Virus record (IMG/VR): IMGVR_UViG_3300007513_000007
Span: 116,577 to 180,576 of that record
Length of the DNA stretch: 64,000 bases
Source of the DNA: a virus
Reading direction: 5' to 3' (one strand)
Position 1 is the first letter of the stretch. Each line of letters begins with the position of its first letter. This document shows, piece after piece, positions 57,901 to 64,000 of the stretch. The notes beneath the pieces were generated by a model. That model was not told where the DNA came from and ran no database searches. It saw only the letters and a program-made list of their open reading frames with translations. The position numbers were made by a program, and so were the translations under genes.

Positions 57901-59768
57901 GGCTGTACTATCGACATGTCAGCCGCGTTCGGGTCCAAGGCCATGACTACATTAGGAAACCCAATCGGCTTGATTTGATGGCCGAGGTTTTGAGCCGGGT
58001 CCAAGGTTCCCGTGGTTGAGGTCATGATGGGGGTTGGGGGCAAGTCAGGCCGGTCGAGGCGAATGTCTGATACCGCCACGGGGCGATCTGAAGGAGGGGT
58101 TCCGGGGGGAAACCACTTGCGGCGGCGTGCCGTCCCATTGATAGCGGTCGTACACTGCCCTCCAAACTGGAACTGGTGGCTGAAGGACTCAATGTAGAAA
58201 AAGCACTGGGCATCCTCAATGTAAACCGGGTATCCGGGCCGCAACTCTGGGCGAATAGGGATGGTGATAGAACAGGTGTGGATGCCGATGTTGATCGCGT
58301 CGAGGCGCGAGATCGCAGCCATGTACATCTGCTTGGGGCTGCTCAAATACCCGGCCTCAAAACTATGCTCGCGCCAGCCAAACATCCCCACAAGACGGAA
58401 ATCAATGTAGGTGGCCCCAGGAGCCACCCACCCATCAGTACCGGTGCCTTGGGCGTTGAAGTGGGTGCCCGTGACTTTACAGAAGGTTGCTTCAGGCTCC
58501 TTCGAGGAGGAACTGAACGAGATCAAGTCTCGATTTTTGATCATGTAGGTAGGGTCTTCGGAAGTATCCAGGTTCCAGAACGGAGGCTTGAACACCAAAT
58601 CTCCGTCAACGTCCTGGAAGAACTCAAACCCCGTGATGTCACAGACATTAGTAGCGATCTCCAGCTTGGTCATGTACTCCGTTTCCCAAAGCTGGAGCGC
58701 CCCGAGCGACCCAATATCCATCATGAAGGCTTCTTGCTTCATGACATTGAGGACAATCGCATCCTTGGAACTGTTGCCATCCAGAACCTGGGCAATCGAG
58801 GATATGTCGTTGTACCCCATCTCCCGCATGAACTTCTGCATCTTGTCGGTGACCAACGAATAATCAATGCCGTCGGGGAGGCTGTACAGGCTGCTGGTGC
58901 TCCTGTTGCGGTCATAGAATGCACCGATGTACGCCATTTCGTAGGCGTTGTAGAGCTTCCCGTTCACCCCGTGCATCTTTAGGCTCATGTTGTGGCTCGC
59001 GAGGATCCGCTCCATGTTGTAAGCAGCAAGCTGCTGCATCTGGGTGTCAGATGTCCAAGAGTTAGCCGCATGGTTAGACTCTGGGGCAAGTTGGAAGTCT
59101 GCGCCTCCAGTAGAGCCGTACCCCACCCGAAACAAGGTGTAGATGATGGCGTAGGGGTTGCACTTCGTGAAGGCGTGGCCGGTCATGTACCCGAACACGT
59201 TAGAGGCCCCTCTGGCAACGTCAGAGTTCTGCATGACAGCGCCATTGGTCGCCACCTGCAAGTTAGACCAAAAGTGAAGGAAGTCAGAGCAGGTCAAAGA
59301 GGCGCTGTAGATTCCCCCGTTGTAGTCATGGGAGGCTTCCGTCACGATCCCCCGAAAGACTTGGTAGTACGGGTAGGCCAACGCTTTGGAGGAGTCCACG
59401 CCAGAAACATCAAGCTGCTCTCTCGTTTCACTGTCAGTGCCCGCGAAACCACGCATCGGGAAGTACCCGCGCATGTAAATAGTGACCTCAATACCGGGTC
59501 CGAGAACAAAGGCTCCGTCTTGCGCGAACAACTCGGCAGAGTGTCGAGGTATTGACATGGAGACTGTGGCAGTGGCAACCGGGTTGACGCTGGCATCCAC
59601 CGAAACAGAGGTGACGTACTTTTGTACGTCAACGGACCCGTTGCAGGCAGGGCAACCGGGAATGGTAAGCATCCCGTTGAAGTAAACCCGAACATCAGGC
59701 GTGTGGCGAACCACAGTCCCGGCATTCTGCTGCCACCCTGCGGTGTAGGGGCGATTCTCAATACTCAT
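54936..59768 (-). CDS. Baseplate hub, gp27/gpD-like, with long C-terminal extension (1610 aa)
   Basis: TKLEIATNVCDITGFEFFQDVDGDLVFKPPFWN and ITIPIRPELRPGYPVYI...FYIESFSHQFQFGGQCTTAI are typical hub motifs. Confidence 0.82.
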   Translation of the reverse strand: MSIENRPYTAGWQQNAGTVVRHTPDVRVYFNGMLTIPGCPACNGSVDVQKYVTSVSVDASVNPVATATVSMSIPRHSAELFAQDGAFVLGPGIEVTIYMRGYFPMRGFAGTDSETREQLDVSGVDSSKALAYPYYQVFRGIVTEASHDYNGGIYSASLTCSDFLHFWSNLQVATNGAVMQNSDVARGASNVFGYMTGHAFTKCNPYAIIYTLFRVGYGSTGGADFQLAPESNHAANSWTSDTQMQQLAAYNMERILASHNMSLKMHGVNGKLYNAYEMAYIGAFYDRNRSTSSLYSLPDGIDYSLVTDKMQKFMREMGYNDISSIAQVLDGNSSKDAIVLNVMKQEAFMMDIGSLGALQLWETEYMTKLEIATNVCDITGFEFFQDVDGDLVFKPPFWNLDTSEDPTYMIKNRDLISFSSSSKEPEATFCKVTGTHFNAQGTGTDGWVAPGATYIDFRLVGMFGWREHSFEAGYLSSPKQMYMAAISRLDAINIGIHTCSITIPIRPELRPGYPVYIEDAQCFFYIESFSHQFQFGGQCTTAINGTARRRKWFPPGTPPSDRPVAVSDIRLDRPDLPPTPIMTSTTGTLDPAQNLGHQIKPIGFPNVVMALDPNAADMSIVQPPFMSTADDAVDQVIRYCVAHGFLEMNPESAGTTDYRELRRDGPWKLRTGMDTYQEITKLEIENSLPMYREAQVYLTEGGYGFRDREEAHVALANSLSGAFGTLVGLANSSDLARDQQLQNWIALQECQKARWTPSLTTAANYRYYSSSHPEPSMQGPDLLRWDIYTGTTEVSHPTQPDTDGEVNALQDSGGSYPSVIKKNATQVERGLTVAAFDGEAASSSLTILTSQLHFVNWCYHTYLPNPTAQTPANGNQYMAGFNADAGVASQLFCQVLLAQAAKISEGGSMDPMTWFFGEAGDLRAGFESGAVEDGAFSALLFYVKETIKRWKIPTTPYGGASPWDTLPEGSAVGTLTLEQMVEQMLDPDKGVTGTCQTENPWSAFVPGRQCQELQEVTEAYEPSSDETADYESGGWAGHGVLVTDDVWTITRREYVEVECPDPRGPNYDSSLGEYTCGCVTVPGVSWNGVAVTTGYYSYDACSRQRGNRRDANDWGLPDKSTWEEDHIHTAGVSSTGFSTNAAILWYASRLGKHVADFWAQAGERYFDLLVANGGMTLDSNYGHDDVIYEAFDAKDDFWAALPLLEEVYPDWTGMTEAVAATVGRGVEKPDFSNILIGIRYTSEAAQREAQEGPKILPAPCFPVSDQNGFEVVGSQPYGRGLNVTLYSDLIQAAGYDSSSVLVGNGDTANNDSFRAIEEFLWRYSSNPDATLIGALRAVGDYSDVDESALGTAQQLGLTSSRELAAHALAASNVVLLTTSGTDFDPEGMADFIREFGTPERMLSNNPSNSNSYAQSLVAMNIPVSVAEISVGGANICACRGYHGSMLMSLFGSGLELPDDGGSLEFHQTDKTDMAVNAIDAEAWLRSKDAIAGRVLDLERTNIGEMISDTFGAGGTYATSFRELGQDLKEQGEALDEAAKKARDRWNEMEGAFQGNPPPAEEREETTVASEADPAPAGVATTAGENEEPEPEATGFTSTKSAVPGYDMGDE

Positions 59769-61195
59769 ATTTCACGCAAGGAGTCAAGCCACGCCTGGGT
59801 CGCCGCGTTCGCAGCGTCGTCAACAGCCGCCTCGCCGGTTTCGGGCCATTCGGTGTTGGGAAGCGCCTCCGCTCCAGACACGTCGTACAAGCCCTCTCCT
59901 GGAGTATTAGTGATCCCGCCATCAGGACTCCAGGCTGTGGAGTTGTAGGTGGAGTTATCCACAAAAGACTCGTTGCCGCCTGTGATTGCAAGCCACTCCA
60001 CCCCGTTCGTGGAAAGAACGAGGTCAGCAGAACTCGTCGGGTTGCTGTTGCTGGTGCTGCTTCGCCCCGGATAGTCCGTCGCTTGGGAGGGGGCGGTCAT
60101 GGGGAGCACAACAGCAGGGGAAGTGGCCGTGTCAAACATCTGATCGACAGTAAACTCGATATTGAAGTCCATGCTGTGTTGCTTCTCGTCTGTGAAGCTG
60201 ACCTCAAAGCTCGTCATATGACCGACATAGATCCACTGGTCATAGTGGATAGCAACAGCGCCCACGAACAAGTGAGCTTCGCTTCCCTGGATCGTGTCAT
60301 GGATCAAGCCGTTATTGCGGTAGAACTGGTAAAGGGCGACAAAGTTCTGAAACGCAGCCGAGTCCCGCATGGAAGCAAACTGCACCCCTGTGGCATTCTC
60401 GGTGTAGCCGTCCTCGGCCCCAATCACAGAGGTCGCATCGGTGGCCCGAACAAACTGGTCCCATGCCCGACTGGCGTTGTCAGCACCCGCACCTGCCGAG
60501 GTAGGCTCGGCAGCCATAAAAGCCCCTGTGCTGCCTTGGAATGAGATGGTTGGCTGCTGTTCGCCCCAGCGTTGGAAGATGAACCCATCACGACCTCGAT
60601 CTGTAAAACTCTGGATCTGGTTGTAGGTAGTCACCATTTCCTTCGGATTGATCAGCATCGTAAGCGGCGGCACGGCGAGCAACTGGGCTACCTGCAAAAG
60701 AATGTCGGCAACCGTATACTCGTCACAAAGGGTGGGCACGACTTGCTCACCCTGCCCGGTGGTCTTGAGTTCCTTCCCATAAGCCACTGCTTGCTGAAGC
60801 TGGGCAATGGTCATGTCCATACTGCTTACGGTGCTCGGCTCCACCAAATCCAAGCCGAAGTTAGCTCGGATCGTGTTTGCACTCTCTTGGTGCAGGTGGC
60901 TGTCCGACATGACATAGGCACTCGTATTGAAATCATTGAAATCAGCGGACGCGGTAGTGGCGTCATCCCCCTCTTCGTTGTCAATGGTGACTGCATACTG
61001 GTGGACATGATCCGCAGCGACAGTCTCGCCTGCGGGGGGAAGCAGAAAAAGCGTGAAAGGCGAAAGATCCCGCAGCATGGGATTCGAGCCATCCACAGGC
61101 TGGCTTGTCTGGGTCTCAAACGAGAAGGTTAGACGAGGGCCAGCGGTAAGAGTGGCATAGCGTTCTGCAATCTCTGTATATCCAATAGTAGCCAT
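59765..61195 (-). CDS. Tail-tube initiator-like baseplate protein, gp48/gp54-like (476 aa)
   Basis: MLINPKEMVTTYNQ...GFIFQRWGEQQPTISFQGSTG...YVGHMTSFEVSFTDEKQHSMDFNIEFTV, a tube-fold pattern paralogous to the next gene. Confidence 0.72.
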   Translation of the reverse strand: MATIGYTEIAERYATLTAGPRLTFSFETQTSQPVDGSNPMLRDLSPFTLFLLPPAGETVAADHVHQYAVTIDNEEGDDATTASADFNDFNTSAYVMSDSHLHQESANTIRANFGLDLVEPSTVSSMDMTIAQLQQAVAYGKELKTTGQGEQVVPTLCDEYTVADILLQVAQLLAVPPLTMLINPKEMVTTYNQIQSFTDRGRDGFIFQRWGEQQPTISFQGSTGAFMAAEPTSAGAGADNASRAWDQFVRATDATSVIGAEDGYTENATGVQFASMRDSAAFQNFVALYQFYRNNGLIHDTIQGSEAHLFVGAVAIHYDQWIYVGHMTSFEVSFTDEKQHSMDFNIEFTVDQMFDTATSPAVVLPMTAPSQATDYPGRSSTSNSNPTSSADLVLSTNGVEWLAITGGNESFVDNSTYNSTAWSPDGGITNTPGEGLYDVSGAEALPNTEWPETGEAAVDDAANAATQAWLDSLREI

Positions 61196-61977
61196 TATTG
61201 AGGATCTCCCCGGTCACCGGGACTTCCGGCACCCCCAGAGGTTTGGGTGCCGCCTGCACTACTGCCATAGACTCGGTTGCCTGCTTCACCCGCTTGCTGA
61301 AGTCTGGTTGTATTCGGTGCCGCGATGATGGCCGCTGAACCACCCCCTTCAATATCGACGTAACCTTCGTATGGGGACTCCTCTCCTCCATAGGTGCTAC
61401 GCCAAACCTGGACTTCTTCCGCAATCTCCAACGTACACGAAAGCTGGAAAGCGTAAGGAGTGTCTGCGCTCTCGGTAACGGTGAAACTGTTGAACCAGCC
61501 CCGGTACACCCCTCCCGAGAACGTCACTTCAATGATTCCTTGGAAAGCAATCTGACCAGTATCGTCATAGATAGACCCGTTGCTGTGGAACAGGGCCAAC
61601 CAATCTAAATAGGCGTCATATGCAAGGGTTTCACGACGAGAGCCGCCTTGGGAGGTGCCCGTGACGTTGGAGAGTCCAGAATAAAGGCGCATAAAGGTGC
61701 CTGTGCTGGCGTCTATGTTGAGGGTCTGGGCGTCGTCCCCCCAATGCTGCTCAACCCACCCAGTCTTCGTCTGGAGGCGCTCAATCTTCTTGGAGTAGCT
61801 AATCTTGAAAGTGTTGGGGTTTACATGAAGGACAAGACGGTAGCCGTCGGGAAGAACACTGGTTTCCCGATCAGGGCCGAGGATGTCAAAGATGACAGGT
61901 TGAGCACCATCACGACTTTCTATGTCAGAAGCACCCGCTGGGAAGGCACCTGTAAAAATGGGGACGTCAGTAGACAC
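61195..61977 (-). CDS. Tail-tube initiator-like baseplate protein, gp48/gp54-like (260 aa)
   Basis: LHVNPNTFKISYSKKIERLQTKTGWVEQHWGDD...YRGWFNSFTVTESADTPYAFQLSCTL; directly after the TMP; SD GAGGTG and GTG start. Confidence 0.75.
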   Translation of the reverse strand: MSTDVPIFTGAFPAGASDIESRDGAQPVIFDILGPDRETSVLPDGYRLVLHVNPNTFKISYSKKIERLQTKTGWVEQHWGDDAQTLNIDASTGTFMRLYSGLSNVTGTSQGGSRRETLAYDAYLDWLALFHSNGSIYDDTGQIAFQGIIEVTFSGGVYRGWFNSFTVTESADTPYAFQLSCTLEIAEEVQVWRSTYGGEESPYEGYVDIEGGGSAAIIAAPNTTRLQQAGEAGNRVYGSSAGGTQTSGGAGSPGDRGDPQ

Positions 61978-61985
61978 GGCTCACC

Positions 61986-64000
61986 TCAAGTGAACTTGCT
62001 GGGGCCGGGACGCCGGGAGATGCCCGCCGCCACAAGACTTTGATCCAGGATTTGACCCATGCGAGCATTCATCTCCTCTGTGCCGTTGATGCTGATGTTG
62101 AAGACCGCTCCCGCACCAGCTTGTCCCCCAAGGGCCTGGGCAACCGCCCCTCCCGGCTTTGCGAACAGGTGCGATACGTCCTTGTCCTGTGGATCGAAAC
62201 TTCGGAAACCGCCCCGCTTCGACCACACGAAGTCGGAGAATGTAGACCTTGCTCTTGAGGCTGAAACACCGTACTGAATCAGGACTTCTTGCCAATCTGG
62301 TGGTAGCTCCCCCGTCGCAGGTGCCGCTCCATGTAGCTCCCTGTACCTTCGCTGTGCCGCCCTCACCGTGGACATCTGTTCGTTGGAGTCCAAGCCTCCA
62401 CGAAGTTGGTCACCCAGTTGGTGTTGGCTCAACCCTGTCCGGGCACCCAGGGCGGCCATGCCCGGACGACCTATCTCTCTACGCAGTTCCGTAAGCAGCC
62501 TGTCCCGTTCGTCATCACGGACTTTCTGCTTCTCACCTTCCGTCTTCAACTCACCTTCGATGGCTGTGTGCTGCTTCTGGATAGCAGACAACTGATCAGC
62601 GGCCAGGGTGTTGCCTTCTGCGAGGGTGATGTCCAATGCTCCTGAATCATAGACATCAGACATGAAGTGGTCGGAAAGCCCCCCGTGCTGGGCAAGGGAG
62701 TCAAGCCTCATATTGGTCATGCTCCTGGTGGTGTGGTTCCGATCAGGCATCGTGTCCCAAAGGGGAGAGTTCACCCACTGCTGACTCGTCATCTCCCCGG
62801 CATCAAAGGAAAGGTTATCCAGCACCCCAGCCGCTTGAGCAACCCGGATTCCTTCGTTCATCTTGCCTTCGTCAAAGAGCGACTGGACCCACGTCATCGG
62901 ATCCTCGCCCATCGCCCGTGTTGTGGCTCGATAGTCCACGCGCTGTTGGGCTTCCTCACGGGTCTTACCCGCAGACAACTCACTCATCATGTCTCGCTCT
63001 GAGTCGATTTGCTGCCGCAGTTGCGCCATCAGTTCTTCACGCTCTACCATGCGTGCTTCAAGTGTGTCTCTCTCGCCGCCTGTAGCAGTGGAGTGCTCTG
63101 TACGGGAAGCACTCTGCAACTCGGACATGTTGGCCAGTTGGGCCTGGAGGTCTTCGATCTTATCCTGGGACTCTTGGACGTTGCGGATCTGCTCGTCATC
63201 CTCGTCCCGCGTCCAAAAGCGGTAAATACTATCCATCCACCCGGCCACGTTGTCGATGGCCACCGTGACGACGTTCTTCAAGGTCTGTACAACACTGGTG
63301 GTCTCCTTGATTTGGGCGGCTGCAAGCCGACGCATCGGATCTTGGGCATCCAAAGCTGCCTTCTCAAAGGATTCCGTGAAGCCGCCTGAAGCAACAAACT
63401 CTCCGAAGCTCTGCCCTGTCCCTGCTTCACCGCCTTGCTTACGGAACTCGTAGCGCAACTCCCGGTCAAGGCGTTGCATCATTTCAAAGTTGTCTCCCTG
63501 CATCCCGGTGATTTCCTCGAAGGCCATCCGATCCATCCCCTCCATCGAAGAGATGCCCTTCGTCCCCAGGATTGAACTCGCCTGTGAAAGCTGCATGGCC
63601 AACTCACCCGCCTTGGACAAGCCTCCCAACCCACTCGCCATCCCCAAGGCACCGCCATCAGCCCCTCGGGCCAACTGCCGGATGTTCTCCATAGAACGCG
63701 CCATAGCCACCGAGTTTGGATCACCCGTGTCACGAAGCTGGCCAACAAGGTCCCCGAACGCCACCTCCCCCATTCGGCCAAGGGCCTGCTCATCCAACAT
63801 GCCACCACCGGTAAGCACGCCCGTGCCCGCCAACCTCTGCAAGCTGGGAGCGAAGTTGCGGGTGAACTCCTCGGCCTGTGCTCTCGCATCCGCAGACATG
63901 ATGCCCCGAGTACGGCCAGTACCCGTGGTCAGCACTGTCTTTGTTCTTTCTTGCATACCCATGTTCCTAAACTGACCTTCAACCTTGAGTTGCTGCTTGG
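61986..64000 (-). CDS. Tape measure protein, C-terminal part (5' end outside window)
   Basis: The frame stays open from 63962 to the edge (...KQQLKVEGQFRNMGMQ). Helical/coiled-coil, A/G/E/L/M/Q-rich, ending in SHLFAKPGGAVAQALGG...VFNISING; sits upstream of tube initiators and hub. Confidence 0.8.
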   Translation of the reverse strand, partial: KQQLKVEGQFRNMGMQERTKTVLTTGTGRTRGIMSADARAQAEEFTRNFAPSLQRLAGTGVLTGGGMLDEQALGRMGEVAFGDLVGQLRDTGDPNSVAMARSMENIRQLARGADGGALGMASGLGGLSKAGELAMQLSQASSILGTKGISSMEGMDRMAFEEITGMQGDNFEMMQRLDRELRYEFRKQGGEAGTGQSFGEFVASGGFTESFEKAALDAQDPMRRLAAAQIKETTSVVQTLKNVVTVAIDNVAGWMDSIYRFWTRDEDDEQIRNVQESQDKIEDLQAQLANMSELQSASRTEHSTATGGERDTLEARMVEREELMAQLRQQIDSERDMMSELSAGKTREEAQQRVDYRATTRAMGEDPMTWVQSLFDEGKMNEGIRVAQAAGVLDNLSFDAGEMTSQQWVNSPLWDTMPDRNHTTRSMTNMRLDSLAQHGGLSDHFMSDVYDSGALDITLAEGNTLAADQLSAIQKQHTAIEGELKTEGEKQKVRDDERDRLLTELRREIGRPGMAALGARTGLSQHQLGDQLRGGLDSNEQMSTVRAAQRRYRELHGAAPATGELPPDWQEVLIQYGVSASRARSTFSDFVWSKRGGFRSFDPQDKDVSHLFAKPGGAVAQALGGQAGAGAVFNISINGTEEMNARMGQILDQSLVAAGISRRPGPSKFT

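Larger units (their letters stand above)
1..64000 (-). other. Tail/baseplate/fibre morphogenesis module of a large contractile-tailed phage (likely jumbo myophage)
   Basis: About 27 co-directional minus-strand genes in the canonical myophage order (TMP, tube initiators, hub, spike, gp25, baseplate J, gpI-like, fibres). Many genes exceed 900 aa, bacterial SD sites are present, and no host housekeeping genes are seen. Confidence 0.88.

Noticed and set aside
40370-59768. Possible inteins or introns in the giant genes
   Set aside because: No convincing intein block A or HN-[CST] terminus, no LAGLIDADG motif, and no interrupted frames seen by eye.
83-63975. Many plus-strand ORFs of 60-340 aa over the structural genes (e.g. 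598-1323, 8219-9154, 24990-26018, 42086-43099)
   Set aside because: They lie antisense to long, well-supported genes, lack SDs and protein-like composition, and are expected from GC-biased codon usage.
1-64000. DGR, CRISPR array, tRNA genes or stop-codon recoding
   Set aside because: No reverse transcriptase, template/variable repeat pair, spaced direct repeats or tRNA T-loop context found; long ORFs are intact under the standard code and TAA, TAG and TGA all serve as stops.
1-64000. Interpretation as a bacterial eCIS/T6SS locus
   Set aside because: A tape measure, multiple fibres, a holin-like gene, an HNH island and typical small phage ORFs favour a phage. No T6SS membrane complex or AAA+ ATPase is seen, although head genes are outside the window.

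Overview
The window is almost entirely one minus-strand morphogenesis module of a large (probably jumbo) contractile-tailed phage. It is GC-rich, uses the standard genetic code, has clear Shine-Dalgarno sites and tight stop/start overlaps. In transcription order (right to left): tape-measure C-terminus (5'-truncated), two tube-initiator-like paralogs, a gp27/gpD-like hub with a ~1000 aa extension, a gp5/VgrG-like spike, a Gly/Ala-rich putative spike-tip protein, a ~3845 aa virion protein, three uncharacterised genes, gp25-like, baseplate-J-like and gpI-like wedge proteins, a cassette of seven modular fibre/appendage genes, a 1940 aa structural protein, a holin-like membrane protein, a tail-collar-like protein, a DUF4815/DUF6519-like protein, and a >1961 aa beta-helix fibre that runs off the left edge and is missing from the ORF track. 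Two plus-strand accessory islands interrupt it (9655-10554; 29102-30454, including an HNH endonuclease). The main unexplained signal is an exactly spaced motif, GGGGGTTCC-N17-GTA, in three intergenic gaps. Two copies precede the islands, which both end in 4-nt stop-codon overlaps with late genes. The third precedes a ~240 nt structured stretch with no credible ORF that ends in a strong hairpin, a candidate antisense ncRNA. All family assignments are from motif recognition by eye; no searches were run. I saw no tRNA, rRNA, CRISPR array, intein or reverse transcriptase.
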